Notes under the pieces: model-generated
Seen by the model: the letters and a program-made list of their open reading frames with translations, nothing else
Told to the model about the DNA's origin: nothing
Database searches by the model: none
Program-made: the position numbers and the translations under genes
Assembly: GCA_015067975.1 (NCBI GenBank)
Contig: SVLK01000001.1
Coordinates: 21,513 to 85,512 of the forward strand
From: Oscillospiraceae bacterium
GTDB taxonomy: Bacteria; Bacillota; Clostridia; Oscillospirales; Oscillospiraceae
DNA: 64,000 bases
Direction: 5' to 3'
Shown here: positions 10,497-20,925 of the stretch, one piece after another
Numbering within the stretch: position 1 is the first letter of the stretch
Layout of the letters: every line of letters starts with the position of its first letter

Positions 10497-11039
10497 ATGG
10501 AGTGGTTTTGGTACTTTTTGCTATATAGTTTTTGGGGCTATCTGTTGGAAAAACTGTTTGCGGCGCTGAGCCGTTCGCCCCATCGCGTGCGCAAATGCCG
10601 TCTTGTGCTGCCGCTTTGCCCCGTGTATGGTCTGGCTATGACGGCGGTACTTCTTTTACCGCAGGACATGACGGATACATTTTGGAAACTATGGCTATAC
10701 GGTGCGCTGATAGTAACGGCGGTGGAATTTGCCGTACATCTTTTCTATGATAAGGTGCTGGGTGTGGCATTCTGGGATTACAGTGCTACCAAAATGGATG
10801 TGGACGGCCGTATCTGCATGCCGTTTTCCATTGCGTGGGGTTTTTTGGTCGTGCTGGCGGTACGCGGCATACAGCCGTGGCTGACCGTCCTTGCCCCACA
10901 GATCCCGCCCGTATGGGCGTGGATCATGCTGGGAATACTGGTGGCGGACACGTTTTTTTCTTTGCGGATTCTACTGCACAGCCGCGATATCGACCTGATG
11001 AGCCTGCCTCGTCTGATACAGTGGCTGCAGCAAACATAA
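10497..11039 (+). CDS. Putative ABC-transporter permease-like membrane protein (CmpB/DUF1113 family)
   Basis: FLLYSFWGYLLE, PLCPVYG, FWDYS, DGRICMPFSIAWG family motifs. Confidence 0.8.
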   Translation: MEWFWYFLLYSFWGYLLEKLFAALSRSPHRVRKCRLVLPLCPVYGLAMTAVLLLPQDMTDTFWKLWLYGALIVTAVEFAVHLFYDKVLGVAFWDYSATKMDVDGRICMPFSIAWGFLVVLAVRGIQPWLTVLAPQIPPVWAWIMLGILVADTFFSLRILLHSRDIDLMSLPRLIQWLQQT

Positions 11040-11064
11040 AAGGAACGGGTTCCCCCGTTCCTTT
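11039..11064. terminator. Bidirectional terminator
   Basis: AAAGGAACGGG-TTCC-CCCGTTCCTTT between convergent genes. Confidence 0.65.
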
Positions 11065-11069
11065 AGCGT

Positions 11070-11999
11070 TTATAGGTGTTGTTCCAGCCAGTGGAGGATA
11101 TCTTCATACACGGTCTGTCGGTGCTGTGTTTCATTGAGGATCTCGTGGCGCAGTGTTGGATAGAGGACCATGTCCACATGTTCCATGCCGGCGGCGAGGA
11201 ACGCATCGCGGGTCTTTTCCACGCCCTTGCCCATAGCACCCACCGGATCATCTGCACCGGAAATCAGCAAAACTGGCAAATCAGTACGCATTTTCCGCAG
11301 GTTTTCTGCTTTTTGATTGAAGCGGAACCCGCCTAACATGTCGTGAAAGAGACCAATGGTAACATCTTGCCCGCACAGAGGATCGTTCACATAGCGGTCC
11401 ACGCTGTCGGGATCAGAGGCGATCCAGTCCACCACAGTGCGGTTGGGAGCAAAAGCTTTGTTGTAGCTGCCAAAGGCCAAAGAGGTAACAAAATCGTTGG
11501 TGGAACGCTTTCCCTGCAGCTTGCCCAGTACGGTGGTGAGCAGTCGTCCGCCGGCAATGGCGGCCTCGCTGTTCCAACCGCTGCCCATGATGATAGCACC
11601 GTCTACGGCATCAGGATAGCGGATCAGCAACGAACGGGCCACAAAGGAACCCATGCTGTGCCCCAACAGGAAATAGGGGAGATCCGGATACTTGGCATGT
11701 GTCTTCTGGCATAGTGTATAGACATCGTCCACCACCTTGGTCCAACCGCCTTTTCCGGCGAAAAAGATCGGCGTGCCGCCGCGGGGAAGAGAATAGCCGT
11801 GCCCCAGATGATCGTGTCCCACCACCACGAAACCCTGCGCTGCCATGAAGCGGGCGAAGTGGTCATAGCGGGCGATGTATTCAGCCACACCGTGAGTCAG
11901 CTGCAAAACGGCACGGGGCGTGGCATCAGTCCATTCCATGGCGTGCAGCTGCGTTGCGCCGTCGCTGGAGAGAAACGTGAATTCCGAAAGATTTGTCAT
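11070..11999 (-). CDS. Alpha/beta hydrolase, lysophospholipase/monoacylglycerol lipase-like
   Basis: HGVAEY..RY, DHLGHG, nucleophile GHSMGS, SGADDPV, RHEILNE; true start ATG 11999, the longer ORF-track start is antisense to glpK. Confidence 0.9.
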   Translation of the reverse strand: MTNLSEFTFLSSDGATQLHAMEWTDATPRAVLQLTHGVAEYIARYDHFARFMAAQGFVVVGHDHLGHGYSLPRGGTPIFFAGKGGWTKVVDDVYTLCQKTHAKYPDLPYFLLGHSMGSFVARSLLIRYPDAVDGAIIMGSGWNSEAAIAGGRLLTTVLGKLQGKRSTNDFVTSLAFGSYNKAFAPNRTVVDWIASDPDSVDRYVNDPLCGQDVTIGLFHDMLGGFRFNQKAENLRKMRTDLPVLLISGADDPVGAMGKGVEKTRDAFLAAGMEHVDMVLYPTLRHEILNETQHRQTVYEDILHWLEQHL

Positions 12000-12018
12000 G
12001 GTCAACGCATCCTTTCTA

Positions 12019-12044
12019 TGGTATACTGTAATAAAAGTATACCA
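12019..12044. promoter_or_regulatory. Inverted pair of extended -10 elements for the divergent hydrolase and glpK genes
   Basis: TGGTATACT (12019-12027, +) and its exact reverse complement AGTATACCA (12036-12044). Confidence 0.55.
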
Positions 12045-12077
12045 CAAAACGGAAGTGAAGGAAAGAGGAGGAGCGTT

Positions 12078-13571
12078 ATGGAATCGTATATTTTGGCGCT
12101 GGATCAGGGGACGACCAGTTCCCGTGCGATTTTGTTTGACCGTACCGGCCGAATTGCCGGCATGGGACAGCATACCTTTCCACAGCACTATCCCCGCCAA
12201 GGCTGGGTAGAGCACGACCCGTGGGAGATTTGGGAAACACAGCGGCAGGCCGCAGCGGAGGCCATCAGTCGACTGAAAGACGGGAAAGTCGCCGGTATCG
12301 GCGTGACCAATCAGCGGGAAACCACCATCTTGTGGGACAAAACCACCGGTCAGCCTGTCTATAACGCCATCGTGTGGCAGTGCCGCCGCACGGCAGAATT
12401 GTGTGAGGAGCTGAAACACCGCGGCCTGACGGAAACGGTGCAGGCGAAAACGGGTCTGCTGATCGATGCGTATTTCTCCGCCACCAAGATCCGCTGGATT
12501 CTGGACAATGTGTCCGGCGTGCGGGAGAAAGCGGAGCGAGGCGAGATTTTGTTCGGCACAGTGGAAACATGGCTGATTTGGCTGCTGACCGGTGAACATG
12601 TGACCGATTGTTCCAACGCATCGCGTACCATGCTCTTTGATATTCATCAACTGTGCTGGGATGAAGAACTGTGCCGCGCATTACAGATTCCCATGGCTAT
12701 TTTGCCCCGTCCCGTCAGCAACAGCGAGGTGTATGGTTATGTGAAAAGCGGCATCCGCGGCTTGGAGCGGCTGGCCGGTGTCCCGGTTTGCGGAGCAGCC
12801 GGCGACCAGCAGGCGGCTTTGTTTGGCCAGACCTGCTTTGAAGCGGGGCAGGCCAAGAATACATACGGTACAGGCTGCTTTACCCTGATCAATGTGGGTG
12901 ACAAGGCGGTGCGTTCCCGTGCCGGACTGGTGACCTCCGTGGCATGGCAGGTGGGCGGCAAAACCACCTATGCGCTGGAGGGCAGTGTATTTAACGGCGG
13001 CAGCACCATTCAGTGGCTGCGGGATGAGCTGCAGCTGGTCGATTCCGCGCCGGAATGTGACCGTCTGGCCGAAACGGTACCGGATGCCGGCGGCGTGGTA
13101 GTGGTACCGGCATTTACCGGCCTTGGTGCACCTTATTGGGATATGTATGCCCGCGGCGCGATCCTCGGTATCACTCGCGGTACGAAGCGAGCCCATATTG
13201 CCCGCGCTGTGCTGGAGAGTATTGCCTTTCAGGTGACTGACCTGATGCTTGCCATGCGGCAGGATGCCGGCTGCGATATCACAGCGCTTCGTGTGGACGG
13301 CGGTGCCAGCGTCAGTGATCTGTTGATGCAGATGCAGGCAGATCTCCTGCGTATTCCGGTGGATCGTCCCGCTATGGTGGAAACCACCGCTTTTGGCGCT
13401 GCGGCGCTGGCCGGACTGAGCTGTGGAGTGTGGAGCGATTTGGAGGAGCTGAAAACGCTGCGGCGCAGCCAGCGGGTGTTTACTGCCCGACGGGTGCAGA
13501 GTGAGTGCGACAGTGATTATCGGCTGTGGAAACGGGCAGTTGGCCGCGCCGGAGACTGGATCGAACATTAA
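12078..13571 (+). CDS. glpK: Glycerol kinase
   Basis: LALDQGTTSSRA, GVTNQRETT, AIVWQCRRT, DAYFSATK, GDQQAALFGQ, AKNTYGTG, PAFTGLGAPYW; ATG 12078. Confidence 0.97.
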   Translation: MESYILALDQGTTSSRAILFDRTGRIAGMGQHTFPQHYPRQGWVEHDPWEIWETQRQAAAEAISRLKDGKVAGIGVTNQRETTILWDKTTGQPVYNAIVWQCRRTAELCEELKHRGLTETVQAKTGLLIDAYFSATKIRWILDNVSGVREKAERGEILFGTVETWLIWLLTGEHVTDCSNASRTMLFDIHQLCWDEELCRALQIPMAILPRPVSNSEVYGYVKSGIRGLERLAGVPVCGAAGDQQAALFGQTCFEAGQAKNTYGTGCFTLINVGDKAVRSRAGLVTSVAWQVGGKTTYALEGSVFNGGSTIQWLRDELQLVDSAPECDRLAETVPDAGGVVVVPAFTGLGAPYWDMYARGAILGITRGTKRAHIARAVLESIAFQVTDLMLAMRQDAGCDITALRVDGGASVSDLLMQMQADLLRIPVDRPAMVETTAFGAAALAGLSCGVWSDLEELKTLRRSQRVFTARRVQSECDSDYRLWKRAVGRAGDWIEH

Positions 13572-13639
13572 ATCTTGCGTATCTGTGAAAAATAGGGTAT
13601 ACTACACCCAAGCGGAACATATGAAAGGAGATTTTTACT

Positions 13640-14062
13640 ATGGCATTTTTTGATAATCTGAGCAAAAAGGCACAGGCTGTGGCCGAAGTGGTCGCCGAAA
13701 AGGCAAAGGACGCTGCAGAAATCGTTTCTGAAAAGGCAAAAGACGTGACCGACAGCGCTAAGCTCAACGTGGAGATCCTGACCGAGCAGCGCGAGATGGA
13801 TAAGAACTATAAGGCCATCGGCGAGTGGTTTGTTTCCGAGTACGAAGGTGAGATCCCCGATGCTGTGAAGGATGTTGTGGCTGCCGTCAATGCTTCCAAG
13901 GCCCGCATTGCCGAACTGGAAGAGAAGAAGGAAGCCGCCAAGGCTGAGAAGGCAGAAGCGGTGGAGGAAGTCGTGGTGGACACCACCCCCGTCTGCCCTG
14001 TGTGCGGCGCCAAGGCTGCCAGCAAGTTCTGCCCCGAGTGCGGCGCTCCCATGGGTGAATAA
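13640..14062 (+). CDS. Hypothetical protein, Ala/Lys-rich helical N-terminus with C-terminal zinc ribbon
   Basis: EKAKD repeats, CPVC...KFCPECG; AAAGGAG RBS. Confidence 0.75.
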   Translation: MAFFDNLSKKAQAVAEVVAEKAKDAAEIVSEKAKDVTDSAKLNVEILTEQREMDKNYKAIGEWFVSEYEGEIPDAVKDVVAAVNASKARIAELEEKKEAAKAEKAEAVEEVVVDTTPVCPVCGAKAASKFCPECGAPMGE

Positions 14063-14073
14063 TTCCAAACGAC

Positions 14074-14102
14074 AAAAAGCGGCCTTGGAAGGCCGCTTTT
14101 TT
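14074..14102 (+). terminator. Intrinsic terminator
   Basis: AAAAAGCGGCCTT-GG-AAGGCCGCTTTTTT. Confidence 0.75.
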
Positions 14103-14166
14103 CTTGTCAAAAGCAGTGACTTGCGCTATCTTAATAGCATAGTCTGTGCGCAATGGAGGAAAACCT

Positions 14167-14994
14167 ATGAAAGATATTAAAATCATTGCATTGGATCTGG
14201 ACGGCACGCTGCTCAACACCAACAAGGAACTGAGCCGGCGCAATTATGAGGTATTGGAAGAGGCTGCCCGCCGCGGCATTGAAATCGTGCCCACCACCGG
14301 CCGGTATTACGGAGCTCTGCCGCAAGTGATCCGACAGCTGCCTTTTGTCAATTATGTGATTACCATCAACGGCGCACAGGTGCGGGATCTGCGCAGCGGC
14401 GAGGTGCTTTACAGTGCCGAGATCCCCTGGCAGCAGGCCATCGAAATCATGTCGTTTCTTGATACCTTACCGGTGATCTACGATTGCTTCCTGCAAGACG
14501 AGGCCTTTATGTCGGCAGCGCAGAAAGAAAAAATCAATGAGCACACAACCGACCCCCACTACCGTAAAATGTTGTATGACCTGCGTCAGCCGGTGCCGGA
14601 ACTGAAAGAGTTTTTGGCCCAGCGGCAGACCGATATCCAGAAAACCCAGTTCTTTACCATGGACAGTGCGCTGAGAGCACGCATGATGCAGGAATTGCCC
14701 CAAAGATTTGAAAATTTGATCGTTTCCTCGGCTTTGATCCATAATGTGGAGATCAACCATATTCGCGGCAACAAGGGTGATGCGGTGCTGGCGCTGGCGA
14801 AACATCTGGGCTATACGGCGGACAATGTGATGTCTTTCGGTGATGGATATAACGATGTGCCTATGCTGCGTGCGGCCGGTCTGGGTGTGGCTATGGCCAA
14901 CGCCTTTGACGATGTGAAACGCTATGCGGACTATATTACCGACGACTGCGACCACGACGGTGTGGCAACGGCGATTGAGAGATTTTGCTGGTAA
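14167..14994 (+). CDS. Cof-type HAD-IIB phosphatase
   Basis: IALDLDGTLL, TTGR, ITINGA, NKGDA, FGDGYNDVPML, AMANA, DGVA. Confidence 0.93.
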   Translation: MKDIKIIALDLDGTLLNTNKELSRRNYEVLEEAARRGIEIVPTTGRYYGALPQVIRQLPFVNYVITINGAQVRDLRSGEVLYSAEIPWQQAIEIMSFLDTLPVIYDCFLQDEAFMSAAQKEKINEHTTDPHYRKMLYDLRQPVPELKEFLAQRQTDIQKTQFFTMDSALRARMMQELPQRFENLIVSSALIHNVEINHIRGNKGDAVLALAKHLGYTADNVMSFGDGYNDVPMLRAAGLGVAMANAFDDVKRYADYITDDCDHDGVATAIERFCW

Positions 14995-15075
14995 TCACCT
15001 GCGAAAGTGTTGCATATATCACGGAAAAATTGGCAACTATCCGTTATGATACGGTAAAAGAAAGGAGGGAAAACC

Positions 15076-15858
15076 ATGGACTTTGAAGTATTTCGGGCTG
15101 TGATGATTCCCTTTGCCGGCACATGCCTTGGTGCAGCGCTGGTGTTTTTTATGAAAGGTGCGATGCCGCGCAGCATGCAGCGTGCCCTGACCGGTTTCGC
15201 GGCGGGCGTCATGGTGGCGGCTTCTGTATGGAGTTTGATCATTCCTGCCATGGACCATGCTGCTCATATGGGCAAACTGGCGTTCTTGCCGGCCTTTATC
15301 GGTGTTTGGGCCGGTGTTCTGTTTTTGCTGCTGTTAGATCATGTTATTCCCCACCTGCACATGAATAGCGAGTGCGTGGAAGGCTGCGACTGCGGCTTGG
15401 GCAAATCCACCATGCTGGTACTGGCGGTAGCGCTGCATAACTTGCCGGAAGGGATGGCCGTGGGCGTGCTGCTGGCTGGTTGGATGAACGGCAGTGAGAG
15501 CATCTCCGGTATGGCGGTGCTGGCGCTGGCCATTGGTATTGCCATCCAGAACGTACCGGAAGGCGCTATTATCTCCATGCCGCTCAAGAGTAACGGCATG
15601 AAGAGCGGTAAGGCCTTTGTGATCGGTGCGCTGTCCGGTATTGTGGAACCCATCGGCGCGGTGCTGACCATTTTGCTGGCCACGCTACTCACACCGGTGC
15701 TGCCCTATGTGTTGGCCTTTGCCGCCGGCGCGATGCTCTACGTGGTGGTGGAGGAGCTGATCCCCGAAATGTCGGAAGGCGAACATTCCAACATCGGTGT
15801 CTTGTTCTTTACCGTCGGCTTTTCGCTGATGATGGTGCTGGACGTTGCTTTAGGATAA
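15076..15858 (+). CDS. ZIP-family (ZupT/GufA-like) metal transporter
   Basis: GFAAGVMVAAS, PHLH, LHNLPEGMAVG, IQNVPEG, SGIVEP, AGAMLYVVVEELIPE. Confidence 0.92.
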   Translation: MDFEVFRAVMIPFAGTCLGAALVFFMKGAMPRSMQRALTGFAAGVMVAASVWSLIIPAMDHAAHMGKLAFLPAFIGVWAGVLFLLLLDHVIPHLHMNSECVEGCDCGLGKSTMLVLAVALHNLPEGMAVGVLLAGWMNGSESISGMAVLALAIGIAIQNVPEGAIISMPLKSNGMKSGKAFVIGALSGIVEPIGAVLTILLATLLTPVLPYVLAFAAGAMLYVVVEELIPEMSEGEHSNIGVLFFTVGFSLMMVLDVALG

Positions 15859-15860
15859 AC

Positions 15861-15905
15861 AGAATAAAGAAAAGACCCGCCTATGGCGGGTCTTTTCTTT
15901 ATTCT
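15861..15905. terminator. Bidirectional terminator (21-bp perfect stem)
   Basis: AGAATAAAGAAAAGACCCGCC-TAT-GGCGGGTCTTTTCTTTATTCT. Confidence 0.85.
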
Positions 15906-17014
15906 GCTACTTTTGGCGTATTGTTCATGTCATTGCGGATCAGCGTGTAGACAGTGGCGGCCAGCGGCACACCCAACAGCATGCCCAGCACGCCCAGTAC
16001 ACCGCCGCCGATGACCACGGCAGCCAGCACCCAGATGCCGGGCAAACCCATGGAAGAGCCAACTACCTTGGGGTAAATCAGGTTGCCTTCCAGCTGCTGC
16101 AAAATCACAAGGAAAATCAGGAAAATCAGCGCCTTGACAGGGGAGACCATCAAAATCATGAATGCACCCACGGCGGCACCGATATAAGCGCCGGCCACAG
16201 GGATCAGTGCTGTGAACGCCACCAGCGCGCCGATCATGGTAGCATAGGGCAGGCGTAGGATCATCATGCCCAGTGCGCACAGCGTGCCGAGGATCACTGC
16301 CTCCAGACACTGACCGGTGATGTAGCGGTGGAAGCAGTTGTTCAGTACGCCCAGTACATACATCGCCTTTTCGTAAAGTGCAGGCTTTAGGTAGTGGCGC
16401 AGCAGCCGCTTGCTCTGTGCTTGCAGCTTGTCACGGCCCATCAGCAGATAGATGGCAAAAATCACAGCCATAAAGCCGGTAATGAGGGCGGAGAACACGG
16501 AGGAGACCGTGGCGATCACCACATTCATTACACTGCCCACGCCGGAAGTTACCACGTTGGCTATGTCGCCGATCTTGGAGTTCCAGTCGATGCCATTCAG
16601 CGTTTCAATCAGATCTTCGGAGAAGAAAGGTAGGGAGTCGAGATAGAGGATGCCTGCCCGGATCGCATCGGGCAGCTGGGAAATCAGCAGTTCTACGCAG
16701 TCTACCAGCTGCGGCAGCACCAACCAGACGATCAGCGTGACGATGGCCAACAGCGAGAAAACAGCGGCCAGCATGCACACCACGCGGCGGCTCTTGATCA
16801 GCCCTGCTCTGGTGGTGTGGGGGAAATAATATTTTTCATAAAAACTCATCAGCAGATTGAGCACATAGGCCAGTGCGCAGCCGATCAGCAGCGGTGCGGC
16901 AGCGCCTAAAAAAGCGCCCAGCAGTCCGGAGATAGCAGGCCAATAATGAATGGCCAGATATAAACCGAAGATGCATCCGGCGATTTTCAAACAGCTTTTC
17001 AGCGAAATATTCAT
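15899..17014 (-). CDS. AI-2E family transporter
   Basis: YITGQCLEA, ALIPVAGAYIG, LQQLEGNLIYPKVVGSSMGLP, GMLLGVP. Confidence 0.92.
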   Translation of the reverse strand: MNISLKSCLKIAGCIFGLYLAIHYWPAISGLLGAFLGAAAPLLIGCALAYVLNLLMSFYEKYYFPHTTRAGLIKSRRVVCMLAAVFSLLAIVTLIVWLVLPQLVDCVELLISQLPDAIRAGILYLDSLPFFSEDLIETLNGIDWNSKIGDIANVVTSGVGSVMNVVIATVSSVFSALITGFMAVIFAIYLLMGRDKLQAQSKRLLRHYLKPALYEKAMYVLGVLNNCFHRYITGQCLEAVILGTLCALGMMILRLPYATMIGALVAFTALIPVAGAYIGAAVGAFMILMVSPVKALIFLIFLVILQQLEGNLIYPKVVGSSMGLPGIWVLAAVVIGGGVLGVLGMLLGVPLAATVYTLIRNDMNNTPKVAE

Positions 17015-17456
17015 GGGAAGGCTCCTTCAAAAAAGGCAGTACTATTGTTGAGGCGGTACGATTATTATAGTATAGCGGTGCGCTTTTGACAATGCGAAGA
17101 AGTGTGAATATTATGTAACATTTTGCAAAAAAGGCCGCACCGCCGCGGGACAGGGCATCAGCCGCGGCGGGCTGTTGGTAAAGCTGAAAGAATACGGTTA
17201 CCAGAAAAAGTGAAAACAGGAGCAAATTTTATACTGTCTATTTTTTGGACAGCATAAAATTTTGGTGCCTAAAAACCGCACAAAATCCGAAAATGACAAA
17301 AAATGAACAAATTTTGTGCAGCTATAGTTCACAAAGATGGGATTTTGTTTTATGCAATTCGTAGAAAAAAACCTCGAATATTGACACGAAAAGAGAGAAA
17401 AGAGTATTATATGAATAACCAGCTTACGCTGGAAATAATGAAAAAGGAGAAACAAC

Positions 17457-18995
17457 ATGAAAAAGGTAATCTCTCTGCTTCTCGCCCTGATCATGGCCCT
17501 GTCTCTGGTCGCTTGCGGCGCCAAGGACGACGGCGGCAAGGATCCCAGCGGCGACCCCGTCATCAAGGAGCGTCTGGTTATTGCCAACGGCAATATGCTC
17601 AGCATCCTGGACACCCACAACAACAACGACCTGTGGTGCGGCCATACCTATAGCCTGACCCACAGCGCACTGGTGGACATCGACTACCAGACCAACAAGA
17701 TGCAGCCTGAGCTGGCTACCGAGTGGAGCTATGATGATGCTACCATGACGTACACCTTCAAGCTGCGTGACGATGTCACCTTCCACAACGGTGAGAAGTT
17801 CACCGCTGCCGACGTCATTTATACCTTCAACCGTGGTATGGGCTTCTCTTTCAAGCAGACCAAACTGAAGTACATCGAGAATATGGAAGCCGATGGTGAC
17901 TACACCCTGAAGATCACCCTGAACACCCCCGCTGCTGAGTTCCTGGAGAGCCTGGACAACATGTGGATCCTCAACCAGAAGGCCATTGAGGCTGATGCCG
18001 AGGCCGGCACTATGGTTGGTACCGGTCCCTATGTCTTCAGCATGGAGAACTTCAAGCCTGACGAGTCCGTCGTGGTGACCCGCAACGAGAACTATTGGGG
18101 TGAGCTGCCCAAGTCCAAGGAGATCGAGTATCGTAAGGTCACTGAGGCTTCTGCCCGCGTTATCGGCCTGCAGACCGGCGAGATCGACATCTGTCTGGAG
18201 GTTCCCGCTATCGAAGCTTCCAACATTGAAAGCTATGAAGGTGTTGAACTGGTCAAGCAGCCCTCCTCCAAGCTGCTGTACATGGCTATGAACATGGGCG
18301 AGAAGGGCCCTGACTTCTTCAAGGATGAGCGCGTCCGCAAGGCTCTGAACTATGCTACCGACAGAGATTCCATCATCCTGGCCATGACTGAGGGCTTTGC
18401 TTCTCCCTCTCAGGGCTGCATCGCTCCCTCCATGTTCGGTCACGATCCCAACGTTGCTACCTATGAGTACGATCTGGAGAAGGCCAAGTCCCTGCTGAAG
18501 GAAGCCGGCTACGATGAGAACAACAAGCTGCGTATCGAGTTCATCTACAAGGGTGGCGTTATGGCTGGTTTCTATGAGATCCTGCAGGCCCAGTGGGCTC
18601 TGGCCAACGTTGACCTGGTTCTGGTGAGCGATGACTCCACCAAGACCGTGGAGATTACCAACAGCAAGGCTTACCACATCTATCAGACCCAGTGGAACTG
18701 GTCCACCACCTGCAACGGTCTGGACTCCCTGTGGAACTCCACCGCCGGCAACAACCGTACTCTGACCAACAATGCCGAGCTGGATGCTATGCTGGCTGAC
18801 GTCTGCTCCGAGATGGACGAGACCAAGCGCGCTGAGAAGATCGGTGCCATCGGTGATTGGCTGAGCGATTACGGCGCCATGATCCCCCTGTATATCGACA
18901 CCCTGCTGACCGGTGTTGGCTCCAATGTCGAGGGTCTGGTTCTGAACTTCAACCAGCAGCACGTGTTCACCTATGCTTACGCTTACGAAAAATAA
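17457..18995 (+). CDS. Peptide/nickel ABC transporter substrate-binding lipoprotein (family 5)
   Basis: Lipobox LVAC, PELATEW, FKLRDDVTFHNGEKFTAADV, GTGPY, RNENYWG, DERVRKALNYA. Confidence 0.95.
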   Translation: MKKVISLLLALIMALSLVACGAKDDGGKDPSGDPVIKERLVIANGNMLSILDTHNNNDLWCGHTYSLTHSALVDIDYQTNKMQPELATEWSYDDATMTYTFKLRDDVTFHNGEKFTAADVIYTFNRGMGFSFKQTKLKYIENMEADGDYTLKITLNTPAAEFLESLDNMWILNQKAIEADAEAGTMVGTGPYVFSMENFKPDESVVVTRNENYWGELPKSKEIEYRKVTEASARVIGLQTGEIDICLEVPAIEASNIESYEGVELVKQPSSKLLYMAMNMGEKGPDFFKDERVRKALNYATDRDSIILAMTEGFASPSQGCIAPSMFGHDPNVATYEYDLEKAKSLLKEAGYDENNKLRIEFIYKGGVMAGFYEILQAQWALANVDLVLVSDDSTKTVEITNSKAYHIYQTQWNWSTTCNGLDSLWNSTAGNNRTLTNNAELDAMLADVCSEMDETKRAEKIGAIGDWLSDYGAMIPLYIDTLLTGVGSNVEGLVLNFNQQHVFTYAYAYEK

Positions 18996-19020
18996 ACACT
19001 AAAATCTTTTCTCCCTGAGG

Positions 19021-19049
19021 GAAGGGGCGGAGATTTTCTCCGCCCCTTC
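19021..19049 (+). terminator. Intercistronic hairpin after the SBP gene (partial terminator or mRNA stabiliser)
   Basis: GAAGGGGCGGAGA-TTT-TCTCCGCCCCTTC. Confidence 0.6.
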
Positions 19050-19073
19050 TTGTAGATTAGAATGGAGGTTACT

Positions 19074-20003
19074 ATGCATCGGTATATCTTGAAGCGCATT
19101 GCGATGCTGCTGCTGGTCATGCTGGGCGTGTCTCTCCTCATCTTCTTCATCATGGACCTGGCTCCCGGCGATCAGGCTTTGATGATTCTGGGTGAAGCCG
19201 CCACGGAGGCAGAGTTGAACGCACTGCGTGAAGAGTTGGGTCTGTTTGATCCGTTTTTTGTCCGTTACGGACGCTATATGCTGAATTTCCTCAAGGGTGA
19301 CCTGGGCTATTCCCATAAGTATTTGTCCAATGTTTTGCCCTTGTATTTGGAGCGTTTGGGCGCAACGGTAGTGCTGGCTCTGGCCGCTGCGATCTTCTCC
19401 CATATTTTGTCCATTCCCATGGGCATTTATGCTGCCCTGAAGCAGGGCAAGGTTTCCGACAACATCGTGTCTGCTCTGGCCATCGTTGGCCTGGCAGCCC
19501 CCAACTTTTGGGTTGGCCTGATGCTTATCATCCTGTTCTCCCTGAAGCTGGGTATGTTCCACTCCGGCGGTTTCGTCCACTGGACGGACGTGATCCTGCC
19601 GGCCATCACTGTCGGCACAGCCAACATGGCTCTGCTGACCCGTACCACCCGATCCGGTATGATCGACGTGCTGCGCTCTGACTATCTGATGCTGGCCCGC
19701 GCCAAGGGCGTCAGTGAGAAGATGGTGGTGCGTAAGCATGCTTTGAAGAATGCACTGATCCCCATCATCACCGTCAGCGGTATCCAGTTCTCCGCTATGA
19801 TGGGCGGCGCTGTGACTACCGAGGCTGTGTTCTCTTTCCCTGGCATTGGTACTTTGTTGGTGGGCGCTATCAAGTCCAAGGATACCGTCTGCGTTACCGG
19901 ATGTCTGATCCTGACCTCTCTGCTGGTCAGCATGATTCTGCTGCTGGTGGACATCCTCTATGCCTATGTGGATCCCCGCATCAAGGCGCAGTACAGTAAG
20001 TGA
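19074..20003 (+). CDS. Peptide ABC transporter permease (DppB/OppB-like)
   Basis: RYILKR, APGD, GDLGYS, DYLMLARAKG EAA loop, HALKNALIP, DILYAYVDPRI. Confidence 0.95.
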   Translation: MHRYILKRIAMLLLVMLGVSLLIFFIMDLAPGDQALMILGEAATEAELNALREELGLFDPFFVRYGRYMLNFLKGDLGYSHKYLSNVLPLYLERLGATVVLALAAAIFSHILSIPMGIYAALKQGKVSDNIVSALAIVGLAAPNFWVGLMLIILFSLKLGMFHSGGFVHWTDVILPAITVGTANMALLTRTTRSGMIDVLRSDYLMLARAKGVSEKMVVRKHALKNALIPIITVSGIQFSAMMGGAVTTEAVFSFPGIGTLLVGAIKSKDTVCVTGCLILTSLLVSMILLLVDILYAYVDPRIKAQYSK

Positions 20004-20012
20004 GGTGAAGGT

Positions 20013-20915
20013 ATGGAAAATACGAATGTGAAAACCGCTGCTGTCTCTGCACAGAAGAAATATAAAAAGCGTACCCCCATGGGCGAAGTGTGGCATCGCC
20101 TGAGAAAGAACAAGGGCGCCATGGTGGGCGGTGCATTTGTGCTGCTGCTGGTGCTGCTGGCTCTTTTCCGTGACGTGATCTACGATTACGATACGCAAAT
20201 CGTGATGCAGGACCTGTCGAAGCGCTTTATCAGCCCCTGCCTGGAGCATCCCTTCGGCACCGATCAGCTGGGTCGCGACCTGTTTGCCCGTGTTGTTTAC
20301 GGTACCGGTTCCTCCCTGCCTGTTGGCGTGGTGGCCGTGTTGGTGGCTCTGACTCTGGGACTGCCCCTGGGTGCCATTGCCGGTTATGCCGGCGGCAAGG
20401 TGGATAATGTGATCATGCGTATCATGGACATTTTCGCCGCTGTTCCCGGCATCCTGATGGCTATCGCCATGGTGGCTGTGCTGGGTACCGGTACGGTCGG
20501 CTTGATGATCTCCATCGGTGTCACGGCTGTGCCCGCCTTTGCCCGTATTACCCGTGCGGCTGTGCTGTCGGTCCGCAACCAGGAATTCGTGGAAGCCGCC
20601 CGCGCCATCGGCTGCAACAATCTGGACATCATTTTCAAGCACATCATCCCCAACTGCCTGTCTCCCATCGTGGTGCAGGTGTCCCTGCGTATCGGTAACT
20701 CCATCATCACTGCCTCCTCCATGAGCTATCTGGGTCTGGGCGTTACGCCTCCCATGCCTGAGTGGGGCAACCTGCTGTCTGCCGGTCGTACCTATATCAA
20801 GGACTATAGCTACCTGACCATGTTCCCCGGTCTGGTGATCATGCTGACCGTTATTGCTTTCAACCTGCTGGGCGACGGTCTGCGCGATGCCATGGACCCC
20901 AAGCTGAAGAAGTGA
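20013..20915 (+). CDS. Peptide ABC transporter permease (DppC/OppC-like)
   Basis: [44 protein letters not shown]. Confidence 0.95.
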   Translation: MENTNVKTAAVSAQKKYKKRTPMGEVWHRLRKNKGAMVGGAFVLLLVLLALFRDVIYDYDTQIVMQDLSKRFISPCLEHPFGTDQLGRDLFARVVYGTGSSLPVGVVAVLVALTLGLPLGAIAGYAGGKVDNVIMRIMDIFAAVPGILMAIAMVAVLGTGTVGLMISIGVTAVPAFARITRAAVLSVRNQEFVEAARAIGCNNLDIIFKHIIPNCLSPIVVQVSLRIGNSIITASSMSYLGLGVTPPMPEWGNLLSAGRTYIKDYSYLTMFPGLVIMLTVIAFNLLGDGLRDAMDPKLKK

Positions 20916-20925
20916 GGATACGTAT

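Noticed and set aside
17310-17336. TTTGTG...CACAAA upstream of the dpp operon as a Rex box
   Set aside because: The spacing is 21 bp against the 18-bp TTGTGAA-N4-TTCACAA consensus. It may be another operator but I cannot assign it.
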